A stretch of 62,094 nt of DNA, counting the filler. It is 5 parts of 5 records of this genome, joined end to end, with 100 filler letters (N's around TTAATTAATTAA, not from the genome) between each part and the next. Parts side by side here need not be neighbours in the genome. Positions count along the whole stretch, not along the records: positions 25,045 to 35,257 come from DRR723986_23583; positions 35,358 to 47,555 come from DRR723986_23637; 3 more parts are not named here. One strand, given 5' to 3'. Under the pieces are notes generated by a model. It was not told where the DNA came from, did not search any database, and was given only the letters and a program-made list of their open reading frames with translations. A program made the position numbers and the translations under genes. This document shows positions 27,345 through 37,224 of the stretch, piece by piece; position 1 is the stretch's first letter; each line of letters begins with the position of its first letter.

Positions 27345-28777
27345 TCGAGATCCTTTCCGGCTATCCGGCTTGTCACGGTTTTGCTGACAAGGTAGGCGTC
27401 CAAGCCTTCGATACCGCCTTCCAGGCCGTCGCCGCTTTCCTTCATCCCGCCGAAGGGCGAGGAGGGTGTGGAAACGGTGAAGTGGTTTACGACAACCATC
27501 CCGGCGACCATTTCCTCGCTGAGATGCGCGGACCGGGAAAGAGACTTCGTCATGACGTAGCCGGCCAGAGCAAAGGGTAGGGCATTGGCTTTTTCCAAGG
27601 CCCCTTCCAGGGTGTCGAAGGGCTGGAAGGGGACAACCGGACCAAACGGTTCCTCGAACATGATCCGGGCAGTGTCAGGCACATCCGCGAGAACAGTCGG
27701 CTCGAAATAGTAGCCCCGATTGCCAACCCGACCGCCTCCGGTCACAAGTCTTGCGCCCGACTTGACGGCATCGTTGACAAAGCCCTCGACGGATTTGAGC
27801 TGCCGCTCATTGGCAAGGGGCCCCATATCCACGCCTTCCTGCTGACCATTGCCGATCTTCAGACGTTTGGTCTCGTTCACAAAGGCGTCGATGAAGTCCT
27901 CATAGACCCCTTTTTGAACGAAGAAGCGGGTCGGGCTGGTACAGACTTGCCCGGCATTGCGGAATTTCGATTTGACGGCGAGCTTCGCCGCGCTCGCCAC
28001 ATCGACATCGTCGCAGACGATAACCGGGGCATGACCGCCCAGTTCCATGGTTGCCCGCTTGACGCCTTCGGCCGCTCTGGCCTGCAGGATCTTGCCGACG
28101 GCGGTCGAGCCCGTGAATGTGATTTTTCGGATGATGGGCGAGTCGATCAGGCGACCGGAAATCAGTCGAGAGTCGCCGAAAACGAGATTGAGAACCCCGT
28201 CTGGAACGCCGGCCTCCGCAAAAGCCTTCACCAGTTCCACAGCGGTAAAAGGCGTCTCTTCAGACGGCTTGAGGACGATGGAGCATCCGGCCGCGAGCGC
28301 GCCGCCAATCTTCCGCAACGGGGTCAACGCGGGAAAATTCCACGGAGTAAATGCAGCTACCGGGCCGATCGGATACTTGCGGACGGTTTGTTCGATCCCG
28401 GGTGTTCGCGGAACAAGTACGCGACCGTAGGCCCGGCTGGCTTCTTCCGCCATCCATTCGAGATTGTCCACGCTTGTGCGGACTTCTCCAGTCGCCTCGG
28501 GAACGGGTTTTCCTTGTTCCCGGGACAGGATCGTCCCAATTTCCGTGGCCCGTTCGCGGATTATGGCACAGGCCTTGCGCATGATCTGTCCCCGTTCGTG
28601 AGCAGGGGTTCTGCGCCAGACCTCAAACCCCTGCCGGACGGCAGACAGGCACTGATCTAGATGGTCGATATCGGCGCGGCTGACCGTGCCGAGCGTGTCA
28701 CCGGTTGCCGGATTGAAGACCGGCGCGGTCTGCGCGGTCTCGATCCACTGCCCTGCGATAAAAAGGGGGGCCTGCAT
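27341..28777 (-). CDS. NAD(P)-dependent aldehyde dehydrogenase (succinate/2-oxoglutarate semialdehyde dehydrogenase family)
   Basis: FTPWNFP, KPSEETP, FTGSTAVGK, MELGGHAP, FRNAGQVC, EEPFGP and PFGGMKESG. Confidence 0.93.
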   Translation of the reverse strand: MQAPLFIAGQWIETAQTAPVFNPATGDTLGTVSRADIDHLDQCLSAVRQGFEVWRRTPAHERGQIMRKACAIIRERATEIGTILSREQGKPVPEATGEVRTSVDNLEWMAEEASRAYGRVLVPRTPGIEQTVRKYPIGPVAAFTPWNFPALTPLRKIGGALAAGCSIVLKPSEETPFTAVELVKAFAEAGVPDGVLNLVFGDSRLISGRLIDSPIIRKITFTGSTAVGKILQARAAEGVKRATMELGGHAPVIVCDDVDVASAAKLAVKSKFRNAGQVCTSPTRFFVQKGVYEDFIDAFVNETKRLKIGNGQQEGVDMGPLANERQLKSVEGFVNDAVKSGARLVTGGGRVGNRGYYFEPTVLADVPDTARIMFEEPFGPVVPFQPFDTLEGALEKANALPFALAGYVMTKSLSRSAHLSEEMVAGMVVVNHFTVSTPSSPFGGMKESGDGLEGGIEGLDAYLVSKTVTSRIAGKDLD

Positions 28778-28790
28778 TCTATAAGCTCCA

Positions 28791-29801
28791 TCAATCTGGA
28801 ATAATGCGGATCAGCTGTTTGCCGACATTGCCGCCTTGCAGCATCGAGATAAAAGCGGTCGGCGCGTTTTCGAGGCCATCCTGGATGGTCTCTTCGTAAA
28901 CCAGCGCACCATCGGCGTAGGCCGCCTCCAGCTCCTGCGTCGCCTTGGCGAAAACAGCGCGATGATCTGAAATGACAAACCCTCGAATGGTCAGTCGCTT
29001 GTTGAAGACCTCACGCAGATTGGTCACGCCATAGGGTTTGGTTGCGTTGTATTGCGAGACCAGCCCACAGAGCGGGATACGCCCGTTGTTGCGCATGTGT
29101 GGCAAGGCCGCATCCAGGATCGGACCACCAACATTGTCGTAGTAGATGTCGAAACCGGTGCCGGCCGCTTGCGTCAGCTGATCGGAAAAATCATCTGCCT
29201 TGTAGTCGATACAGGCGTCGAAGCCGAAGCGATCGGTGACGATCTTGCACTTCTTTGGGCCGCCGGCAATGCCCACAACCCGGCATCCACGGCGTTTTGC
29301 AAGTTGCCCGACCACACTGCCGACAGCACCGGAGGCAGCTGAAACGAGCACCGATTCCCCGTCCTGAACGCCGCCGATATGAACCAGCCCGACCCAGGCG
29401 GTTACACCGGTTGAGCCCAGGGCGCCGAGATAGGAAGACACCGGTGCCTTTTGAGGGTCTATCCGCGTCAGTTCCGCCGGCTTTGCCGTGCTGTAATCCT
29501 GCCATCCCAGCCGGCCCACCACCCAGGTTCCCTCTGGCATATCGGGAGCCCGGCTTTCGATGACCTTGCCGGCAGTCCGGCCGACGAGAACCTCGCCAAG
29601 TGCCATGACCGGAGCGTAGGAGTCCTTTGTCTCCATCCGCATCCGAATATAGGGGTCGAGTGCAAGGTAGTGATTTTCGACCCTTACTTCACCTTCGACC
29701 AATGGTCCAAGGGCGCTTGTGGCCAGCTCGAAGTTCTCGGGCTTCGGCATCCCGTCGGGATGGCTGGCAAAAAGAATTTGACGGTTTGTGGTCTGGCTCA
29801 T
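28791..29801 (-). CDS. NADP-dependent oxidoreductase (MDR; PTGR/CurA-like double-bond reductase)
   Basis: LALDPYIR, VSAASGAVGSVVGQLAK, GIAGGPKK, YYDNVGG, CGLVSQYN and GGNVGKQ. Confidence 0.92.
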   Translation of the reverse strand: MSQTTNRQILFASHPDGMPKPENFELATSALGPLVEGEVRVENHYLALDPYIRMRMETKDSYAPVMALGEVLVGRTAGKVIESRAPDMPEGTWVVGRLGWQDYSTAKPAELTRIDPQKAPVSSYLGALGSTGVTAWVGLVHIGGVQDGESVLVSAASGAVGSVVGQLAKRRGCRVVGIAGGPKKCKIVTDRFGFDACIDYKADDFSDQLTQAAGTGFDIYYDNVGGPILDAALPHMRNNGRIPLCGLVSQYNATKPYGVTNLREVFNKRLTIRGFVISDHRAVFAKATQELEAAYADGALVYEETIQDGLENAPTAFISMLQGGNVGKQLIRIIPD

Positions 29802-30655
29802 CTCTCAGCTCCTGAAACGGTTTCCGAATGGCGTGGCTGCCAGTGGAGCAGGCGTCGTTCGATAACGGTCACGACGGCATCAAGCGCGATGGCGAAGAAT
29901 GTGAGCAACAGCACGCCGGCGAAAACGCCATTGATGTCGAACAGGCCCTCGGCTTGCAGGATGAGATAGCCCACACCGGCCGCCGACCCCATGTATTCCC
30001 CAATCACGGCACCGACGAACGCCATGCCGACCGCCGCGTGAAGGCTGGAAAACACCCAGCTCGTCGCGGACGGAATATAGACGGAGCGCAGGAGCTGACG
30101 GCGGGACGCGCCGAGCATGCGCGCATTGGCCAATGTCACCGGGCTGACTTCCTTGACCCCCTGATAGACATTGAAAAACACAACGAAGAAGACGAGCGTG
30201 ATGCCCAATGCGATCTTGGACGTCATGCCGAGTCCGAACCAAACCGAGAAGATCGGGGCGAGAATGACGCGGGGCATCGCGTTCAATCCCTTGAGATAGG
30301 GAGACGCCAGGCGGGAGGCCGCATCGCTCAGTCCGAGCCAAAGCCCGGCCAAAAGCCCCAGGCCTGAACCGATCAGAAATGCCACTACCGTTTCTACCAA
30401 CGTCACCCAGAGGTGGCGAAAGATGGTTCCCGAGGTGAACCAGCCGACAATGCGCTGGAACACGACGAACGGGTCGCCGACAAAGAACGGCGACATGATG
30501 TTGAAGGTGGTCAGGGACTTCCACATCGCGACGAAAGCGATGAAGATCAGCACATGATAAAAGAGCAGGTTGCCCTCGCTCGAGAAGAGCCGTTCGGCCC
30601 AGCTTCTGCGGTTCATGCGCTCGCTGAGTGTATTAGTTCCGCTTCTGCTGAGCAT
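29798..30655 (-). CDS. ABC transporter permease (NitT/TauT family)
   Basis: Six TM segments, PRVILAPIF, EAA-like NARMLGASRRQ and VGAVIGEY. Alternative start at ATG 30616. Confidence 0.93.
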   Translation of the reverse strand: MLSRSGTNTLSERMNRRSWAERLFSSEGNLLFYHVLIFIAFVAMWKSLTTFNIMSPFFVGDPFVVFQRIVGWFTSGTIFRHLWVTLVETVVAFLIGSGLGLLAGLWLGLSDAASRLASPYLKGLNAMPRVILAPIFSVWFGLGMTSKIALGITLVFFVVFFNVYQGVKEVSPVTLANARMLGASRRQLLRSVYIPSATSWVFSSLHAAVGMAFVGAVIGEYMGSAAGVGYLILQAEGLFDINGVFAGVLLLTFFAIALDAVVTVIERRLLHWQPRHSETVSGAER

Positions 30656-31502
30656 AACCCTTTAGAACCTCCTCTTTCATCACATCCCAGATCTGGGCGT
30701 GAAGCTCGTTGAACGCATCAAGGTGACGGATTTCGGCGACATCCCGAGGCCGTGGCAGATCGATCTTGAATTCGCCGATGGGATGGGTGCCGGGGCCTGC
30801 CGACAAGGCAACCACGCGATCGGATAGAGCAATGGCTTCTTCGAGATCGTGGGTGATGAACAGGACGGACTTGCGATCGGCCTGCCAAAGCTCCAGCAAT
30901 TCGTTTTCCATCAATTGCCGGGTCTGGACGTCAAGCGCGCTGAAAGGTTCATCCATGAGGATTATTTTGGGGTCCATAATCAGCATTTGCGCCAGAGCGA
31001 CACGCTTACGCATTCCACCCGACAAGTGATGCGGATAGGTCTTTTCAAATCCTGCCAGACCGACGCGGGCGAGCCACTCGACACCCCTTGCCTCGGCTTC
31101 TTTCTTGTTCACGCCATTCCATTCAAGACCGGCGACGACATTTTCCAGTGCGGTGCGCCAGGGCATCAGCGCATCAGCCTGAAACATGTATCCAGCTTTG
31201 CGGTTGATGCCGACGAGAGGTTCTTTAGCCACCTCGATCCTGCCGGAACTCGGAGCAAGGAGCCCCGAGGCGACATTCAGCAATGTCGATTTTCCGCACC
31301 CGGTCGGACCGACTATGGAGACGAACTCCCCGTCCGCGATGGTCAGCGTCGTGTCGCGGACCGCAGTATAGGTTCCCCTGGGGTTTCCCCGGGCCGGAAA
31401 GGTGCAGGTCACGTTGTGCAGTTCCAAAGCTGGAACCGCACCGTTTGCCGTGACCGCGGCGCCGTTTCCCGGCACCGCTTCCATTGGCGAAACTGAAGAC
31501 AT
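30633..31502 (-). CDS. ABC transporter ATP-binding protein (NitT/TauT family)
   Basis: GPTGCGKS, LSGGMRKR, LMDEPFSALD and FITHDLEEA. Confidence 0.96.
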   Translation of the reverse strand: MSSVSPMEAVPGNGAAVTANGAVPALELHNVTCTFPARGNPRGTYTAVRDTTLTIADGEFVSIVGPTGCGKSTLLNVASGLLAPSSGRIEVAKEPLVGINRKAGYMFQADALMPWRTALENVVAGLEWNGVNKKEAEARGVEWLARVGLAGFEKTYPHHLSGGMRKRVALAQMLIMDPKIILMDEPFSALDVQTRQLMENELLELWQADRKSVLFITHDLEEAIALSDRVVALSAGPGTHPIGEFKIDLPRPRDVAEIRHLDAFNELHAQIWDVMKEEVLKGYAQQKRN

Positions 31503-31504
31503 TA

Positions 31505-32533
31505 TTATTGGGCCCCGTGCGCTGCCTGAACGAAGCGGTTGGTATAGGTTGCTTCAAGATCGAGATTGTCGGTTTCACGGACGATCTTGTTGTAGACCCG
31601 AAGCGCGTTGTAAGCCGTGTCGACGGCTTCCGGAGAAAGCAGGCCGTCGGTGGAGAACGACGGCTTCACCTTCGCGAGCATTTTCGCATAAAGCGCCTTG
31701 TCTCCGCCGATCAGGTACTCCTCGGGAAGAACGTCCGCGATCTCTTCAGGTGTTGCGCTGTCGATATATTCAAGCGCCTTGACGATGGCGTTGGCCAGTG
31801 CCTGAACGGTCTTGGGGTTTTCTTCGACAAAGGCCGTCGTTGCCGACAGTGCCGCAGCCGGCATCGGACCGCCGTAGACTTCCACTGTGCCTTCGGGCGT
31901 TCTCGTATCGACGACCGGAACGGAAAGTCCTGCCTGCTCGAGAAGCGTTGTCGCCGGGTCGGCCTGAACCGTTGCGACCACCGACTTGTTTTCAAACGCG
32001 GCAAGCACGCTCGGCCCGGCCCCGATGCCGACAATCGAGACATCGGAGGGGTCGAGTTTCGCGCCGAGCATCAGAAGGTCGACCATCTTGTTGGTGCTCG
32101 AACCGGGGGACGTTACGCCGACGGGTTGGCCGACGAGCGAAGACATGCCCTCCCAGTTTTCGGCAATGTCCGGACGCACAGACAGCACAAAGCCGGGCGA
32201 GACTCCCATCAGGGCGAATGTCGTGATGTTCTGCCCGGAGGCCTTCATGGTGATGGAGTGTTCAAATGCGGCGGAGAGAATGTCCGCGCTCCCACCGACG
32301 ACGGCCTGTACCGAGCGCGAACCGCCCTGAAAATCGACGATATCGACGTTGACACCTTCTTCTTTGAAGTAACCTTTGATCTCGGCAATGTTGAGGGGCA
32401 GATAATAAAGCGCTACTCGGCCACCGACCGCGAGGGTGACGTTCTCTTTTTCCAGGTCGGCTGCTTGTGCCGCAGGGACCAGGGAAACCGCCGCCAGCAC
32501 TGCAGCTGCGGCTGATATCAAAAATCTTCTCAT
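31505..32533 (-). CDS. ABC transporter substrate-binding protein (SsuA/NMT1-like)
   Basis: RBS GGAGGAG before ATG 32533, signal peptide, LYYLPL...KGYFKEEG and GVTSPGSST. Confidence 0.92.
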   Translation of the reverse strand: MRRFLISAAAAVLAAVSLVPAAQAADLEKENVTLAVGGRVALYYLPLNIAEIKGYFKEEGVNVDIVDFQGGSRSVQAVVGGSADILSAAFEHSITMKASGQNITTFALMGVSPGFVLSVRPDIAENWEGMSSLVGQPVGVTSPGSSTNKMVDLLMLGAKLDPSDVSIVGIGAGPSVLAAFENKSVVATVQADPATTLLEQAGLSVPVVDTRTPEGTVEVYGGPMPAAALSATTAFVEENPKTVQALANAIVKALEYIDSATPEEIADVLPEEYLIGGDKALYAKMLAKVKPSFSTDGLLSPEAVDTAYNALRVYNKIVRETDNLDLEATYTNRFVQAAHGAQ

Positions 32534-32596
32534 AAGCTCCTCCCATAGCACCGTCCCTCCTTTGGACGGTGGACAGATCTCGCCGCAAACGCGGCA

Positions 32597-33859
32597 TCAA
32601 ATGCTGGCCGTTTTTTCAATCAGACCAACTTCGTCATCGCTCTGAACGACGATATCGCCGTCGAGCAGATTCTGGATTTCGGTTTTGGAAAATCCTGCCT
32701 CGGTCAGGACATCCACGCTGTTCTGCCCGGTCGCGGGCGGGTTCGCGTAAATGTTCGTGTCGAGGGTTTCCATAACGATAGGCAAGCGCGGCAGGCGTGT
32801 TTTGGTTCCGTCCGGCAAAATTGTCTCAAGCAGGCCGTTTGTTGCCTTGAGGTGAGGGTCGTTGAACAGGTCCTCCGGCCGGGAAACCGACGCAAAGGGA
32901 ATTCGGGCCTCAAGACACAGCGCCTCGGCCGCGGCGGTGTCGCGGGACAAGAAGAGCTTTCGCAGCTCCGGCATCAGCCGGTGGCGCGCTTTGATGCGGT
33001 CGTTGTTGGTCGCGTAGTCCGGGTCGTGCACAAGGTCATTTCGGTCAATGGCCGCGCAAAAGCGCTTCCAGTGCTGGTCCGTCGTAATCCCCACAAACAT
33101 CTGGGTACCATCGGCCAGGGTAAACAGGTCGTAGACGGCCCAAGCGGAGACCCGTTCCGGCATTGGCGGAATGGGATTGCTCATTTGCGCGGCGTAGCAA
33201 AGATGCTGGCCCATCAAAAAGACGGCCGTCTCGAACAGTGCCGTTTCGACTTTCTGCCCCTTTCCCGTCGTGTCCCGCTCGCGTAGGGCAATGAGAATGC
33301 CAATGAGGCCGAACATGCCGCCCGTGATGTCAACGACCGAGGTTCCTGCGCGCAAGGGGCGCCCCGACGGGCCTGTCATATAAGCCAGCCCGCTCATCAT
33401 CTGAACGATTTCATCGAGCGCCAGCCGGTCGCGATAAGGGCCGTCGAGAAAGCCCTTCAAGCTGACATAGATCGCGCCAGGATTGCTTTCGGCAATCTGA
33501 TCGTAGCCCAGTCCAAGCCGTTCCATTGTTCCGGGGGCGAAGTTCTCGACGATCACATCGGCCTGGGCGATCAATTTCAGCGCGGCGCTCCGGCCCTTAT
33601 CAGATTTCAGATTGATCGAGAGGCTGCGTTTGTTGCGGTTGAAGTAGCCGAAATACCCCTGACCAAATCCACGTAGCCTGCGGGTTGGCTCTCCTTCCGG
33701 AGCGGGCTCAACCTTCACGACGTCCGCGCCCATGTCCGCAAGCATCATCGTGCAAGAGGGCCCCATAACTGTATGCCCGAAGTCGAGCACGCGCAGTCCG
33801 GCGAGCGGTTTGTTCGATTGAGCCCGCATCATGGCCGTGGACGCAAAGTCACGCGTCAT
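32597..33859 (-). CDS. Family III CoA-transferase (CaiB/BaiF)
   Basis: PLAGLRVLDF, LADMGADVVKVE, NRNKRS, ADVIVENF.PG, catalytic Asp region ALDEIVQ and VVDITGG. Confidence 0.94.
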   Translation of the reverse strand: MTRDFASTAMMRAQSNKPLAGLRVLDFGHTVMGPSCTMMLADMGADVVKVEPAPEGEPTRRLRGFGQGYFGYFNRNKRSLSINLKSDKGRSAALKLIAQADVIVENFAPGTMERLGLGYDQIAESNPGAIYVSLKGFLDGPYRDRLALDEIVQMMSGLAYMTGPSGRPLRAGTSVVDITGGMFGLIGILIALRERDTTGKGQKVETALFETAVFLMGQHLCYAAQMSNPIPPMPERVSAWAVYDLFTLADGTQMFVGITTDQHWKRFCAAIDRNDLVHDPDYATNNDRIKARHRLMPELRKLFLSRDTAAAEALCLEARIPFASVSRPEDLFNDPHLKATNGLLETILPDGTKTRLPRLPIVMETLDTNIYANPPATGQNSVDVLTEAGFSKTEIQNLLDGDIVVQSDDEVGLIEKTASI

Positions 33860-33917
33860 ATTTCCTCACTCCTCCCTTGACGACGAAATCGCCAACGTTC
33901 TGTCAGACAGAACTGTA

Positions 33918-33955
33918 TTCCATCTAATAGAACGTTTTTTGATTGCGCCTGTCAA
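33918..33955 (-). promoter_or_regulatory. Putative sigma70 promoter of the catabolic operon, overlapped by a candidate IclR operator
   Basis: The minus strand reads TTGACA (33955-33950), 17 nt, TTCTAT. Imperfect palindrome TTCCATCTAATAGAA at 33918-33932 in the divergent intergenic region. Confidence 0.45.
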
Positions 33956-33999
33956 GTGTCGGCTTGTCGCCGGTTTGAAACGATGAGAAAGTTCACGCC

Positions 34000-34746
34000 A
34001 TGAAAGAGATAAAAAATAGTCAGCCTGCCCAGGCCAAAGGGGTGGAAGCCGTGGATCGTGCATTGCGAATTCTGCAATGCTTTCATAAAGATGACAGCCG
34101 GTTGGGACTGGCGGAGATCGCCGCGCGAACAGGGTTCTACAAAAGCACAATTCTTAGGCTGATCGTTTCCCTTGAAGCCCAGGGTTTTCTCCGGCGGGCG
34201 CCCGACAAATCCTATGGTCTCGGACCGGAGTTGTTGCGGCTGGGTAGCATTTATCGGCAATCGCTGCGCATCGAGGAACATGTTCGTCCTGCCTTACGCC
34301 GCCTTCTGGACATTACGGGGGAGAGTGCCTCTTTTTTCATTGAACAGGCCGACAAACGAATTTGCCTGTTTCGAGAAGATTCGCTCCAGCCCGTACGTGA
34401 TCACGTTGCAGAAGGAGAAATCCTCGCTCTGAATCAGGGCGCCGCCGGACATGTCCTGGTTGACTATAAACAATGCGACGCCATCGGCGTTCCGATCTCA
34501 ACAGCCAATCTTCCGAAATTTTCGTTTGGTGAACGCACACCGGACGTTGCGGCAGCAGCAGTGCCGGTATTCGGGCTTGAGGGTGCGAACACGGTTTTGT
34601 TGGGTGCACTTACGATTTCCGGACCGATGAGTAGGTTTACACCGGAGCTATGCGAAAAAATTTCTGCACCCCTTTTACTGGAGGGAAAATCGCTCTCCGC
34701 CTGTTTCGGCGCCAATCTTGATTGGCAGAAGAGCGAGGCCCGATAA
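34000..34746 (+). CDS. IclR-family transcriptional regulator
   Basis: VEAVDRALRIL...LAEIAARTGFYKSTILRL HTH, GAAGHVL and AAAVPVFG...GALTISGP..RF. Divergent from the operon. Confidence 0.95.
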   Translation: MKEIKNSQPAQAKGVEAVDRALRILQCFHKDDSRLGLAEIAARTGFYKSTILRLIVSLEAQGFLRRAPDKSYGLGPELLRLGSIYRQSLRIEEHVRPALRRLLDITGESASFFIEQADKRICLFREDSLQPVRDHVAEGEILALNQGAAGHVLVDYKQCDAIGVPISTANLPKFSFGERTPDVAAAAVPVFGLEGANTVLLGALTISGPMSRFTPELCEKISAPLLLEGKSLSACFGANLDWQKSEAR

Positions 34747-35257
34747 TTGCCCGCCCGTCCACTCCTTGCGTAATCCGCTGGGGAGGAAAGCGTTCTCAAT
34801 ACTGTCGTTCATTGCACGACATGAAATGATGCAGAGTGGACGGTTGCTGCGTTCGAGTCGAATGTCCACTCAAGGGCTGTCTTCAAACTGATGGGTCTGG
34901 AATGCTGACTGGCTGGAGCCGACTTTGCGCCAGGCACGTGGTGCCTCTGCCCTGAGCAGCCGTTCATCGGTTATCAAAATGCCGCGGCTCCGCATAGGCA
35001 TTTTCCTTTCCGGTCGTCTGCAGGTTGGCTTTGCCATACATCGGCGTCACAAAGCGTTCGGAAAGTTTGTGACATCCCCCTTTGAATCAAACTCGGAAAA
35101 GGAATTGAGCGGGACAACACAATGGTGGTTGACGCCAAACCAGCGGCACCAGTGCGGGCTTTTGGTGTTGCGAATGTTCGTCCACTTGTTGGCCGATTTG
35201 CCTTAAGTGCGAACGCAGGTGACCACCTCTCATTTGCCGAGCCTGTCAGCGGGATTG

Positions 35258-35357
35258 NNNNNNNNNNNNNNNNNNNNNNNNNNNNNNNNNNNNNNNNNNN
35301 NTTAATTAATTAANNNNNNNNNNNNNNNNNNNNNNNNNNNNNNNNNNNNNNNNNNNN
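35258..35357. other. Artificial contig spacer
   Basis: N44-TTAATTAATTAA-N44. Confidence 0.99.
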
Positions 35358-35693
35358 CCTTTCAAGCTGGCCCAATCCACCTTTCAGCCCTCAATGCGAA
35401 AACCAAGCCGCAAACGTCCGGACAATTCCGCAGAAAATCTCTCCGTGTTCGCGTCCTGGTCACCCAGACTGTGCCGCACCCCCCAATATAACTGCCTGTT
35501 GGAGCCAGACGACTGCCCTGCCAGACATTTCGAAAGGCACAGATTCATCCGTGAAGTGGCCAAAACGGCGAAAATCTTGATTTTGCGAAGGCCGCATCTG
35601 CAAAACTGGTAAAAATATCGGGCAGAAGCTGACGGTCGATACGTTCGATCGTTGGCTCGGAATCACGAAATGCTTCGCAAGCGGACTCTAGGC

Positions 35694-36962
35694 ATGTTGA
35701 ATCGCAGAACTCTTCTCGGAACACTTGGTGGCGCGTTGTCATTGCCGCTGCTTGAATCGACCGCGTCGGCGAATCCAATTTCCGAAGGCAGCGTGCCCAC
35801 TCGGCTGTTGATCGTTGCCAATCCGTATGGAGCCCACCCGGAACACTTCTTTCCGGCTGAGTTTGGCAAGGACTTTCGTTTTCCGCGGACGCTTCGGTCT
35901 CTGGAGTGGCTGCGGGACCGGATCAGCATCCTGTCGCATACCGACCACAATATGAAAAGTGGTCACGGCCGCGAAGTTGCCTTTCTGAGCGGCGTTCTGC
36001 CTGAAACGAGTGCGTCATTCCCCGAAAAGAACATGTCGATCGATCAGGTGGTTGCGCGGCGGACCGGTGGTGAGACTCGGTTCGACTCCGTCAGCGCCTG
36101 TCTGGAGCGGTCGATTCGACTGAGTTGGAATGCGAACGGAGTCGACATCAAGCCGTTCACGGATGCTCGACGAATGTACGATCACCTGTTCATGAATCTG
36201 ACTCCCGAGCAACGCAGTATACGCAAACAGTTGCTGCAACGTAACGGCAGTGTTCTGGACGCTGTCCGCGATCAGTTTGCCGGCCTTCGGAAACGGGCGT
36301 CGCGTAACGACCAAGTGCGTCTGGATCTGTATGCTCAGTCGCTGCGAGAACTGGAATCCAACCTGGTCGGTCGACAGCAGTGGGTCGACAAAGACAAGCC
36401 GGCTTTCGATTTGTCTCCGTACCAGCAAGGTTCCGACATCACCATCGAAAGTCGATATCACTCGGTTTTCGACATGGTGGCTTACGCGTTTCAAACGGAC
36501 TTGACGCGAGTCGCCACCATCGGCTTTTCGCCTCAACTGAAGTACACCGACGTGAAAGGTGTCACCCGCGGCTACCACGCCTGCACGCACAACGGCAAGA
36601 AAGAGGACACCGTCGCCGAGCTGGTTGCAATCGAATCCTTCCAGGTTGAACAGATGTCGCGGTGTCTGAAAAAGCTGGATGAGATTCCTGAACCGAACGC
36701 AGACGGGAGCATGCTGGATCACACGGTTGTTCTGTTTGGCAGCGGCATGGGTTACGGCGGCACGCATTCGAACCGCGACCTGCCAATCATGGTCGCCGGA
36801 GGAGGGTTCAAGCATTGCGGGCACGTGGACACTCGAGATGCCAGTGGCGACAACATGCCGCTCTGCAATCTGTTCGTCACCCTGCTGCAACGCTTCGGGC
36901 TGCAATACGACCAGTTCAACCAGAGCTCCAGCGCGTTCCGCTTTGAAGACTACTTAACCTAG
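35694..36962 (+). CDS. DUF1552 (HXXSHH) family Tat-exported protein
   Basis: MLNRRTLL...LSLPLLES Tat-like leader, SIDQVVA, AFQTDLTRVAT, YHACTH, GSMLDHTVVLFGSGMG and HSNRDLP...AGG. Confidence 0.92.
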   Translation: MLNRRTLLGTLGGALSLPLLESTASANPISEGSVPTRLLIVANPYGAHPEHFFPAEFGKDFRFPRTLRSLEWLRDRISILSHTDHNMKSGHGREVAFLSGVLPETSASFPEKNMSIDQVVARRTGGETRFDSVSACLERSIRLSWNANGVDIKPFTDARRMYDHLFMNLTPEQRSIRKQLLQRNGSVLDAVRDQFAGLRKRASRNDQVRLDLYAQSLRELESNLVGRQQWVDKDKPAFDLSPYQQGSDITIESRYHSVFDMVAYAFQTDLTRVATIGFSPQLKYTDVKGVTRGYHACTHNGKKEDTVAELVAIESFQVEQMSRCLKKLDEIPEPNADGSMLDHTVVLFGSGMGYGGTHSNRDLPIMVAGGGFKHCGHVDTRDASGDNMPLCNLFVTLLQRFGLQYDQFNQSSSAFRFEDYLT

Positions 36963-36982
36963 TCCACGCCATCCGCAGTAAA

Positions 36983-37020
36983 GTAGACCGGAATAAGGAG
37001 CGAAGCGACGCCGATCCGGC
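36983..37020 (+). repeat. GTAG-type REP-like palindrome
   Basis: GTAG-A-CCGGA...TCCGG-C hairpin directly after the DUF1552 stop. Confidence 0.55.
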
Positions 37021-37047
37021 AGCAGGAGTTGCTGGGATTGAGTTTTA

Positions 37048-37166
37048 CTTAGTTCGTGGACGGTTTCCATTAGCCGCACGGCGTCAGCCGCGGTTTTCCG
37101 CCGTCGCTTAGTTTGCCTACGGTTTCCATTAGCCGCACGGCGTTAGCCGCGGTTTTCCCCCGTCGC
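37048..37166 (+). repeat. Two tandem 59-bp REP-like units
   Basis: ACGGTTTCCATTAGCCGCACGGCGT(C/T)AGCCGCGGTTTTCC occurs at 37060 and 37119, with flanks CTTAGTT and CCGTCGC also repeated. Confidence 0.85.
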
Positions 37167-37224
37167 CACCAACAACCACCTTGCCGCTCACAGCTAGACT
37201 ATCGCACCCAACGGCTGAACATCA

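Noticed and set aside
37048-37166. Possible mini-CRISPR (also 41548-41633)
   Set aside because: Only two units each, no cas genes, and the first pair has a similar rather than unique spacer. REP-like structure explains them better.
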